DNA of 22,295 nucleotides from a virus (Duplodnaviria; Heunggongvirae; Uroviricota; Caudoviricetes): IMG/VR virus record IMGVR_UViG_2579779049_000014, positions 1 to 22,295 of that record; one strand, 5' to 3'. Shown piece by piece: positions 14,901 to 22,295 of this stretch (position 1 is its first letter; each line of letters starts with the position of its first letter). The notes under the pieces were generated by a model. It saw only the letters and a program-made list of their open reading frames with translations, ran no database searches and was not told where the DNA came from. The position numbers and the translations under genes were made by a program.

Positions 14901-17900
14901 TTCAGTTTTTTTCCATTTTCTGTACCGTAAACAGAAGCTACCTTGTTGATTTCCAGACGCGACCGGACAGCCTTCATGTGTACCGCTGACACCACCGGAT
15001 CACCATTTTTATCCACGGCATCAAGCAGCATCACAACCGCATTTCTTTCTGTCGCTGAGCGGTAAATTGCATCCGGATCGTGCATCAGTTCCGGTAGTCT
15101 CTCGATAACATCCATCGGCACCACATGTTTCACACCATTGGTGGCCTTCCGCACAGTATCGCGGGAAATAACCAGCGGCAAATCCGGTGCACCAAGGTGA
15201 CGCAATACCGGCGGCGTACGCCCGATGTTTACCGTTAAATCTGTGGTGCGCAGAGATTTCATCATTCTGGCAAGGTCATCACGATAACGCTCGCCCTCAC
15301 CTTCCGGCACTTTGAACGGATCACGTTTACCACTACGGGAGTACTGAGACGATGCGCCCGCGCCATCCTCACGCGGCGTGTAACCTTCCCGCACACGCTG
15401 GCCTAACGTACGGATGGTCTCGCGAACAAGTCTGATATCGTTCAGTTCCGTCGGCTTCAGTAACCCCGTACGACGCAGTACCCCTTTGACCAGGGCAACA
15501 ACACGCTCCCATGCCGCCACGAATTTATTCGGCTGTTTCTCCGCCATATGTGCCAGAAATTCACCCGCCTGTACTTCCGGTGATTCCTTACCATAGGAAG
15601 CATCAACCTTACGCCAGGCTTCACGGATGGTGACGTTATCACTGTCGCGGGTTTTCAGCACGGTTTTGATAATCGTCTGATATTCCGCTGGTGTGACAAC
15701 ATGCTCCATGGCATGGTGAATGATCTCGTGACGCAGCTTCTCGCGAACGGTCCGCCCGTCAGGGATGTTATCCGCCACCAGGACAATTTCTCGTTTATCC
15801 GGACGATAGAATGCGTGCCCCCTGCCGTAACCATCGAACAATTCACCCGCCAGCGCTTCAGCCTCTTTCTGTGACTTCACCACACGGACCTTCAGGTCAC
15901 TGTCCTTAATGCCGCTCATCACGCCACGGGCAACCGCTTCAACCTGCGGGACCGGGCTGCCTTTGGCTTCCGCACTACGGTTAACATCCGAAATGAGATT
16001 ACCTTCAGGTGTGCGGGTAACGCCCTTACGGGAATAAAACGCAACGCCCTTGTCCGTCTCACGGGTTTTCAGGGTGCGGAACAGGTGATCGAATGCCTCA
16101 CGAATACCGCCATCCAGTTCCGCATTCGTCGGATAAGCCCAGGTGTTATCTGTGTTGTGCTCAGGTGCCTTACGGATATTGACCAGATAATCATTCTCCA
16201 CGCCAGCCATACGCGCCTTATCCTGAACATAACGCTCAAAGGCACGTGCCGCCATTTCAACATCCGTTGACCAGTACGGTTTTGAGCGCACCTCATCGAG
16301 AAGCACTGAACGACGCGGCATGTCACTGTTTTTAATGGCCTGAATCACACCTTTAAAAGCATCGTAAACCTCCTGACGTACCGGATATTCAGCATCAACA
16401 TACCTGCCGTCTTTAAATATGCGCCTGACACGCTGTGCTTCCGTCATAAAGTCGCCACCTGACGTAATTTTCCCGTCATTGGAAACGTCATAACGACCAA
16501 AATAATTATCCAGAGAATGGAACCATTCGTGCGCCAGCGCACCCGGTCCGTTACCTTTTGTCAGGTTGATTGCCACCTCACCCGGCTCATAGTGTGCTGC
16601 CGCCTTACCCTTACCACGGGCACCAAATGCCAGGCCAAGACGACCGTTCAGGGAAAGCGCTTTTGTCGGTACATTCAATACTTCCGCAAGGTCATGCAGC
16701 GAGTCATAAGCCCGGTTCAAATCAGCCTGACGACGCGGACCTTCCACGTAGTTACCAAACTGCACACCACGGAAACCAAACGCATCACTGAACTGCTCCG
16801 GTGAAACATCCCCTTTACGGCGTTCTGGTCCGGTACGGTCGCGGTTGGTGGCGTTACGCTGCTCCTCACGCGAAATCTCCCGCATCTCCTTCACATGACG
16901 AACAAGCTCATCACGATGTGAATCAATGTACTTACGCGCATCACTGGCTGACTTAAAGCCACCTCTCACCCGCATTTTGTTTTTGCCATAAGCGATAAAA
17001 ATATCGCCACTGCGGGTATTCCGGTAAACGTCAAAGCGGATTTTGTCATCCGGTGACGGTGCCGTTTTTTCATCTCCTTTCGCCTGTGACTTTTCCTCCA
17101 GCTCTGCAAACCAGACTTTCGCCTTTGTCAGTAATTCATCCCTGCTTTCCGAGAAAAAGAGGTTAGTCCCCTTATTGTCCTTATTGCGCAGTGAATAAAG
17201 TTTCTGTGGCGGATCGTAACGCTTCCCTCCTGCCGCCTGATACACACCCGATACCACCCGATAAGCAGAAGCCTTGTCCATCTGTGAGGGTGGCAGAGTG
17301 CGTAACAGTTGCCAGGTATCCGCGTAACGGGAGGGCATTCTGCCTTCCATCCATTCTGCGAGGCGTTTCGCGCTGACCGTTCCGTTAAGCATTTCCGATA
17401 CACTGTGTCGTACTTTTTTTACGCTCTCCCCCCAGCCAGCCGTATTGTGTTTCGTCTTCGCCGGAATATCGCTACGATACAGCGCTATCATTGCCAGGGT
17501 GTCAGCATCAGCCCCTTCGCTCGCCAGTTTTGCGTAGTCCGGTTTCGGGAACAGTTTGCTCAGCGGCTGCGTGGCATAATCCCTGTCTTCCAGCGTTTTA
17601 CCCAGTGTTTCAGCAAGCTGTGCATAACGGTGTTTGGCTGCCCCTTTAATTTCCTCGCCAAAGTCTTCAATTTTTTTGCCCCTGACTTCACCTCCGCGCA
17701 CAGTAGCTTCCCTGTCAGTAGAGACAGTTGTTTCAGATTCAGGTGCGATTGTCTCAGGCTGCGGGATGTCACGATTTCCTCCGGCCTGTCGACGTACTTC
17801 TGCCTGCTGTGCGAGCTCAGGCAATGAGTTACGAACAGTTCGGGGAAGCTGATCAGGCTGAGGCATACGGACATTGTGTGTAATGTCCGGAGCCGGTAGC

Positions 17901-20380
17901 CCTTCACGTACCGGTGCTGTCGCGTTCTGCGCATCCGGTGACGGCAGACCACGACGAACCATTTCACCCTCGAGTGTTTCCCCCTGGCGACCAGCGGCGT
18001 TTTCCGGTGCCGGAGCTTGTCCTTTCTGGAAACTCTGGCCCTTAACCTCACCGGTTGTGGTAAAACGACCACCACGTCCGGCCTGATTTTCATCCGGCGT
18101 ACGCGCCACTTCTCCCGGTAACGGATATCCCTGTCCGGGATGAATATCGCCGGGAGCGGGCAGGCGCGGACGCTCAGTTAACTCCTGTGCTGTCGGACCG
18201 GCATCACCTTCAGCCATCTGTGAACGTACAAGCTCCTCCGCCGTCGGCGCGTTGCCACGGGCAAGGCGGGCCTGTACCTCCGTATCATCCCCCGTGAAAC
18301 CACGGAATCGCGGGTCACGCATGAACGCGGGCTGCTCCATCGGGTCAGCATCAGCAATACGCTCTCTGTCAGCCAGGGTGTTAATGGTTTCCGTTGCCAC
18401 ATCTTCAGAGAACGCAGGATTATCCATTTCAACGGCATACTGATTCTCGCCTTTCTTCACTACGGACGGTTTCAGGCCGGTGGCGGCGGCATTACGGAAA
18501 ACATCACTCCCCATGGCGCTTTTCTCATCCGTGAAATAACGGTTGTCCGGGCGCACCTTCTCAATGCGTTCCGCTGGTCTGGACGCACCATTCCCGTTAA
18601 TTTCAATGCGGACTTCATTCGGGTCCCGGAACCGCACCGTCGGGTAAATGCTCCCGTTACCATCCTCCGCATTTTCAGGCTGTGACTGTGCTTCCGGCGT
18701 CACTTCCTGTTGTGGGCGAATGACTTCTCGTATTGCCTGAAACTGTTGTTCTTCAGTCTCGGTGCGCCCCTCTTTCTGGCTGAGTCTGCGGTATTCCTCA
18801 AGCAGTTCAGAACGCGGCTTCGCCTTCAGCTCATTCATCACAGCCTGTCGCTTCGCCTGTTCGTCCAGTTCATTCAACAACTGGCTGGCAGCTTCCCGGC
18901 GATGAGCTGCGGATGCGTCACCCTCTGTTGCCATATCCGCATCAGCATACTGCTCCAGAAGCTGCTCGCGATTCATGCCCTGCATGGATTCACGCTGCTG
19001 CGCCACCGGATCAACAGATTCTGGTTGCGGGGCTGCGTCGTCCTGCTGCACGGTTTCAGCATCACGCATGGCGGTTTCTTCTGCGGCCTGACGTCTGCCA
19101 CGATATCCGGCAACCGCACCGAATGGAGCCCCCATCGCAGCACCAAGGGCAGCACCTTCGATCGTTGCGTCAGCCACGCCCTCCCATGGCGATACATCCA
19201 TTCCGGCGGTCTCACGCAATGCCGTGTTTTCCTGATAGCGTGAATAGCCGCCCTGCGCCGCATTAATCGCCCCCTGTGCAGTGGCATTTCTGACAATGCC
19301 GCTTTTAACGGTCTTCGCTGTGCCTCGTGTCACCAGATTAAACAGTTGTGCGTCACCCAGTTTTGCCGCCATGGCATTCACAGCCAGCAATTCAGGATCG
19401 GTTGCCAGCTGCGCGCGCACCTCATCGGCAACACGCTCTTTTGCCAGATCCATTTTCTGGCGATCAGTAAGCTGTGCGTGCTGCGGGTCGGCGTCAATGG
19501 ACAAAAACGTCTGCTGAAATTTCGGTGACTGCGCCAGCTCAGAGTAATCAGCATTAAGAACAGCATCTGCTGCCGCCATTGCACTCTGCCCCTGTGCACT
19601 TACAGTGGAATGGGTGATCAGGCCCGCCTGGAATAAATCCGGCATTTTTTTATCGACAGCTTCTGCTGCCAGTGCCGTGGCTCTTTCCGGCTGCATCCCT
19701 GCCGCGATGTATTTTTTCTCCAGCCCGGCGGTCAGCATTTTTCGCAGTGTGACATCACCCACCTTTCTAGCCACACCGCCAGCAACCATATCAGGTACAA
19801 GCGCACCAATCAGGTTTACACCCTTCGCCACCCAGACCGCAGAATCATTATAGCCTTCGGTCATCGGCGTATTCAGCGCACGAACTGCACCCGGCGACAT
19901 CTTACCGGTCAGCCATTCATCAGTGGCTTTGGCACCATCACTGACAGCCTTACCGGTTGCCTTCAGACCTTTACCGACAGTATCAGTAACCGCGTTTTTG
20001 CCATCAGGCAGGGTATCGATGACCTCATCAGCCCCCCTGCTGCCACCGGCAAAAATATCCTGCACAGTTGCGACACCCGGCAGCCCCATACGGCTAAACT
20101 CATTTAAAATACGCGCCCCTGTTTTTACCGGGCTCTGAATCATCGCATCACCGAGTCCACGGGCCATTTCCCCTGTTCCCCGGACGGACTGGGCGAAACC
20201 TTTACCCATTGTTGGCAATACATCGCCCAGGCTGAACGACGTACTGTTATCCTTCCAGCGATTCGGATCAGAGAAAAATGCTTCATAGCTGTCAGTTTCG
20301 CCGGGTTGCTGAATGTTCAGGCTGTTACGATTCTGGTTACCGAGTTGCGCCTCAGGACGCTGTTCCTCTGAATAGGCCAT
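11999..20380 (-). CDS. Giant multidomain protein (about 2793 aa), probably a virion-packaged or injected polyvalent protein with two zincin-like HExxH motifs
   Basis: Uninterrupted minus-strand ORF. Proposed start is the ATG at 20380 (GGAG upstream), because the track start at 20419 lies inside a terminator hairpin. HEWFH at 16517-16531 and HEIIH at 15716-15730. Has Gly/Ala-rich and Pro/Gln-rich linker regions. Last gene of a minus-strand operon of virion-like proteins. Confidence 0.8.
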   Translation of the reverse strand: MAYSEEQRPEAQLGNQNRNSLNIQQPGETDSYEAFFSDPNRWKDNSTSFSLGDVLPTMGKGFAQSVRGTGEMARGLGDAMIQSPVKTGARILNEFSRMGLPGVATVQDIFAGGSRGADEVIDTLPDGKNAVTDTVGKGLKATGKAVSDGAKATDEWLTGKMSPGAVRALNTPMTEGYNDSAVWVAKGVNLIGALVPDMVAGGVARKVGDVTLRKMLTAGLEKKYIAAGMQPERATALAAEAVDKKMPDLFQAGLITHSTVSAQGQSAMAAADAVLNADYSELAQSPKFQQTFLSIDADPQHAQLTDRQKMDLAKERVADEVRAQLATDPELLAVNAMAAKLGDAQLFNLVTRGTAKTVKSGIVRNATAQGAINAAQGGYSRYQENTALRETAGMDVSPWEGVADATIEGAALGAAMGAPFGAVAGYRGRRQAAEETAMRDAETVQQDDAAPQPESVDPVAQQRESMQGMNREQLLEQYADADMATEGDASAAHRREAASQLLNELDEQAKRQAVMNELKAKPRSELLEEYRRLSQKEGRTETEEQQFQAIREVIRPQQEVTPEAQSQPENAEDGNGSIYPTVRFRDPNEVRIEINGNGASRPAERIEKVRPDNRYFTDEKSAMGSDVFRNAAATGLKPSVVKKGENQYAVEMDNPAFSEDVATETINTLADRERIADADPMEQPAFMRDPRFRGFTGDDTEVQARLARGNAPTAEELVRSQMAEGDAGPTAQELTERPRLPAPGDIHPGQGYPLPGEVARTPDENQAGRGGRFTTTGEVKGQSFQKGQAPAPENAAGRQGETLEGEMVRRGLPSPDAQNATAPVREGLPAPDITHNVRMPQPDQLPRTVRNSLPELAQQAEVRRQAGGNRDIPQPETIAPESETTVSTDREATVRGGEVRGKKIEDFGEEIKGAAKHRYAQLAETLGKTLEDRDYATQPLSKLFPKPDYAKLASEGADADTLAMIALYRSDIPAKTKHNTAGWGESVKKVRHSVSEMLNGTVSAKRLAEWMEGRMPSRYADTWQLLRTLPPSQMDKASAYRVVSGVYQAAGGKRYDPPQKLYSLRNKDNKGTNLFFSESRDELLTKAKVWFAELEEKSQAKGDEKTAPSPDDKIRFDVYRNTRSGDIFIAYGKNKMRVRGGFKSASDARKYIDSHRDELVRHVKEMREISREEQRNATNRDRTGPERRKGDVSPEQFSDAFGFRGVQFGNYVEGPRRQADLNRAYDSLHDLAEVLNVPTKALSLNGRLGLAFGARGKGKAAAHYEPGEVAINLTKGNGPGALAHEWFHSLDNYFGRYDVSNDGKITSGGDFMTEAQRVRRIFKDGRYVDAEYPVRQEVYDAFKGVIQAIKNSDMPRRSVLLDEVRSKPYWSTDVEMAARAFERYVQDKARMAGVENDYLVNIRKAPEHNTDNTWAYPTNAELDGGIREAFDHLFRTLKTRETDKGVAFYSRKGVTRTPEGNLISDVNRSAEAKGSPVPQVEAVARGVMSGIKDSDLKVRVVKSQKEAEALAGELFDGYGRGHAFYRPDKREIVLVADNIPDGRTVREKLRHEIIHHAMEHVVTPAEYQTIIKTVLKTRDSDNVTIREAWRKVDASYGKESPEVQAGEFLAHMAEKQPNKFVAAWERVVALVKGVLRRTGLLKPTELNDIRLVRETIRTLGQRVREGYTPREDGAGASSQYSRSGKRDPFKVPEGEGERYRDDLARMMKSLRTTDLTVNIGRTPPVLRHLGAPDLPLVISRDTVRKATNGVKHVVPMDVIERLPELMHDPDAIYRSATERNAVVMLLDAVDKNGDPVVSAVHMKAVRSRLEINKVASVYGTENGKKLKSMEMTGLTLYRREKLSRDNLLHRGLQLPKGEHSYRGSADKILYPEDIRKGPYYSRTSSLTPEETIASRFVRQMQDKFQVLKAVQENIRKTGGKVDDSNNAYMAEELFHGKAENDLNVMKERYVQPLAKLLADYKIAQADLDEYLYARHAPERNAHIAKINPKMPDGGSGMTNAEAAEIMQRVRNSGKQAQYDRLAGIVDDMLARRRELIREAGLEESGVVDAWQKAYRYYVPLKGQDVDGVVSLPRTGKGFTIGGRESRQAMGRASRAQSPSTQAIQDLSESLIRHRKNEVGNAFLKLVQDNPDKDYWQVFTDDRPDTMRTIAERKDQETGETIREVVERPVPMAMMADRYFTTKKNGKTYYIKLHDPRLMRAMKNMGPETSNAFVRTLGKVNRFLATVNTSYNPEFLVSNFIRDVQTAVMNLKAEQGRSDGKLKGLDNLSALAVVKDSRSAMSAVYASLRGKTLTGKGAQWQKVWKEFVEDGGKTGWFNMGDLEGQQKEMDRLVSLAKGGWKGQSIGAWNSFLNLVEDANGAVENALRLSAYKHARDAGLSRQQAASLAKNMTVNFNRRGEQGALMNSLYMFANASIQGTANLVRTLGHLNGDGPLLERLRWKNLNVPQKIALAAVGAGYLLGSLNRSVAGEDDDGVNWYDKVPSHVKERNLVIMKSVFGGKAGEYWSIPLPYGYNVFFLLGHTAEGVAAGDLTASRAAGNVVGGVLGAFSPVGSETSETLSGALLKNAAPTILRPFANLAMNENFMGAQIYQENMPFGTPKPDSQLGRRSTPEAYKAFASWLNAFSGGSQYRPGAVDITPESLKYWVDYISGGTGRFISKTTDAAVKSLNGIDIPEQQVPFLGKISGEVMPYADQQKMYDRMTEIAQYHAELKSLTGAERTAFIDENNGKLSMNGLMQDTRKRLKDLRKQRDAIYADSTLSLAQQSAMVKSVERDMKIAVDRFNREYNKKVGVD

Positions 20381-20391
20381 ACAGACTCCAT

Positions 20392-20420
20392 AAAAAAACC
20401 CGGCACAATGGCCGGGCATC
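20392..20420 (-). terminator. Rho-independent terminator between the 421-aa gene and the giant gene
   Basis: Minus strand reads CCCGGC-CATTG-TGCCGGG followed by TTTTTTT, then 12 nt to the giant-gene ATG. Confidence 0.65.
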
Positions 20421-20449
20421 AGGAAATGGTATTAATGGAATATCGTGAA

Positions 20450-21715
20450 TTACTGGGCGTAATTCTGTTTCAGTCCACGGATAAACTGAGATGCAGATGA
20501 AGCACTTTCATCTCTGGCCTGTTCCCCCCTGGCCTTTTGAATACGGAGAAAATTCGCATACCCGTTCTCCAGCAATTTCTGATTCTGAGGTTCCAGCATT
20601 TCAGGCTGACGGGCCGCTACATTTCTGGCAAATGACAGCTTATCAGGATCATCTCCCGCCCAGTTGATAACCTGTTGCTGAAGTTTTTGTTGCTGAATTT
20701 TCTGTTGATGCGGTTGTGAACCAGTCGCAGCATAATATTCATCCACCGCAGCCTGAGCATTACCGCCATTCTTGATCGCGTCCGCCGCTACGTTGCTGGC
20801 CCCCTTCTGAAGCTCTTTCAGAGAAAGTCCCTGCTGCTTCGGCATAAAATAACCATAATTTTTCGATATCTCTGCAAATTTGCTGCGATCCCTGACCTGA
20901 GCGATAGCCTTATCAACGGGTATCGCCAGCACGGTTTGATCATCAGGGTGCGCACTGCCGTATTCTGTTACAGGTTTATGCGCGGTGGAGCCATCGCTGT
21001 ATGTGAGATCAAGGCCAATAAGTACGTACCCTTCCTGCTGCGCTGGTACGATACTGCCAATCCTGGCCTCTTTTATCGTTTTGTCCCCGGTTGAATCAGG
21101 CATGCCAATACGCTGTTGTAGTTCCGGGGCAAACACGCCGGAAAGCACATCGAGATTTTCCGGGGTATTCAGCGAATCGATCGCCATGTCCGGCTTATCA
21201 CCAAAGATTTTTTGCAGGTTGATCACGGCCTGACCCGCTTTCGCTGCATAGCCTTCGTTTGACATAAGAATTAATGGATGTCCCTTTGGCAGCTGCCCGA
21301 ACAGACGCGTTGCAGCCTCCTGATCGCCAGCCTCAATTGCTTTTCCAAGCGCTTCCATTAGTGGCTGGCTATGGGCAATCATATCGTTATACTCAAGCCG
21401 TCGCTGGTTGTATTTCTGCAACTGGAGTCGCTGCTGCTCCATACCCAGTGACGCATTCCGGTAATTCTGGTTAGCGTTAAACTCCCTTTCCTTCAGTGCA
21501 TAATTACGGTCGTCAACTTTGGCTCTGTAATCAAAGTTCCGCTGATCAACGTTTTTATTATGTTCAAACTGAGACTGCGCAAACTCAAAATCGCGCTCGT
21601 TATTTTTCTGTTGCCGGGCAAGCTGTGCTTCACGCAGACCAAGCTCCTTACGACGGGTCATTGCCTGGTCAACGGTGCTGAATCCGGCAAGTAACCCCTG
21701 TGCAAATCCGCTCAT
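20450..21715 (-). CDS. Hypothetical virion (internal/ejection-type) protein
   Basis: 421-aa ORF rich in Gln/Asn/Ala and charged residues with coiled-coil character; tightly packed with its neighbours. Confidence 0.55.
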   Translation of the reverse strand: MSGFAQGLLAGFSTVDQAMTRRKELGLREAQLARQQKNNERDFEFAQSQFEHNKNVDQRNFDYRAKVDDRNYALKEREFNANQNYRNASLGMEQQRLQLQKYNQRRLEYNDMIAHSQPLMEALGKAIEAGDQEAATRLFGQLPKGHPLILMSNEGYAAKAGQAVINLQKIFGDKPDMAIDSLNTPENLDVLSGVFAPELQQRIGMPDSTGDKTIKEARIGSIVPAQQEGYVLIGLDLTYSDGSTAHKPVTEYGSAHPDDQTVLAIPVDKAIAQVRDRSKFAEISKNYGYFMPKQQGLSLKELQKGASNVAADAIKNGGNAQAAVDEYYAATGSQPHQQKIQQQKLQQQVINWAGDDPDKLSFARNVAARQPEMLEPQNQKLLENGYANFLRIQKARGEQARDESASSASQFIRGLKQNYAQ

Positions 21716-21725
21716 TCACCACTCC

Positions 21726-21977
21726 TTAAAACAAAGAACCAGCAATGCCGCCAATTACTGCTCCAGCAACAGCACCAACAGGACCACCAACGGATGCGCC
21801 AATAGCCGCCCCCGTACCAATGCCCGTACCGATATTCTGCTTGTTCTGCGCTTTCTGTTGCGCCGCCATCTGTTTGTTCGCAGCCTCAATTTCTTCACGT
21901 CGTCTGTCTGCGTCACTTATTCCCTGTAATGCCTCACGCCGCGACTGATTTGCAATATCCAGTAAACCGTATCCCAT
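21726..21977 (-). CDS. Small glycine-zipper membrane protein
   Basis: 83 aa ending GTGIGTGAAIGASVGGPVGAVAGAVIGGIAGSLF; 10-nt gap to the next gene. Confidence 0.55.
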   Translation of the reverse strand: MGYGLLDIANQSRREALQGISDADRRREEIEAANKQMAAQQKAQNKQNIGTGIGTGAAIGASVGGPVGAVAGAVIGGIAGSLF

Positions 21978-21986
21978 ATTGCCCCC

Positions 21987-22295
21987 TTACGCTGCCACCA
22001 GTTGGCCGCCAACACTCAGTTTCTGTCTTGCCGGTGCAGAAGCCCCCGTCAGAATATTCATCTGGCGATCCTGTTCGGCTTCACGGATACCATTTTTCGC
22101 GCCAGCAATTGCCAGGGCATTACGTAACCCCAGCGTATTACTGTCGGGATTATCCGGGCGGTTTACCCCGTATCTCGCCATCTGGTTATCCTGCGCCATC
22201 TGCGCTGTACGGAGACTGGAAGTGGCAAGGCCTCCCACCCGTGCAAGCTGTGCATTCATCAGACTGTTGTTCTCCCCAAGGTCAGCCAGCCTTGC
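21987..22295 (-). CDS. Hypothetical virion-module protein, partial (N-terminus beyond the window)
   Basis: The frame stays open upstream of the track's ATG at 22259 to the window edge; stop at 21987. Confidence 0.45.
   Translation of the reverse strand, partial: ARLADLGENNSLMNAQLARVGGLATSSLRTAQMAQDNQMARYGVNRPDNPDSNTLGLRNALAIAGAKNGIREAEQDRQMNILTGASAPARQKLSVGGQLVAA

Noticed and set aside
15716-16531. Treating the two HExxH motifs as proof of a metallopeptidase domain
   Set aside because: A five-residue motif can occur by chance in a 2793-aa protein; kept as a hypothesis in the findings, not a firm call.
12092-19853. Numerous 60-180-aa ORFs on both strands inside the giant gene
   Set aside because: They are embedded in a continuous 8.4-kb frame and are the expected by-products of a GC-rich coding region.
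20381-20419. Upstream in-frame start of the giant ORF (MPGHCAGFFYGVCM…)
   Set aside because: That ATG lies inside the terminator hairpin of the upstream gene and lacks a Shine-Dalgarno; the ATG at 20380 has GGAG upstream.
1-22295. Search for tRNA, CRISPR array, IS element or integrase
   Set aside because: No cloverleaf-like sequences, repeat-spacer arrays, terminal inverted repeats with a transposase, or tyrosine/serine recombinase ORF were found by eye.

Overview
This window is a lambdoid (lambda/P22-mosaic) prophage segment, drawn in the reverse of the usual lambda map. From the left: a partial O-like replication gene, cII, nutR, cro, a tripartite OR operator, and a cI repressor with an S24 peptidase domain. 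Downstream of cI, in the position lambda gives to rexAB, sit two unrecognised genes and a small ORF, each closed by its own terminator. Then come OL/pL, a P22-type nutL and an N antiterminator, followed by the early-left operon: two accessory genes, tandem terminators, cIII, a Kil-like peptide, a Sak4-like ATPase with an SSB-like partner, two Ea22-like paralogs, several small genes, and a DUF551 protein. The operon ends with a hok/mok type I toxin locus and a secreted YgiW-like protein. A zone of degraded ORFs separates this from a convergent, more GC-rich minus-strand virion operon whose last gene is a giant ORF of about 2793 aa carrying two HExxH motifs. No integrase, tRNA, CRISPR array or IS element was seen. 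All calls rest on reading the sequence, motif recall and gene order; no database search was run. The best candidates for an undescribed system are the cI-linked cassette (1905..3320), the post-N accessory genes (4078..5235) and the giant ORF.
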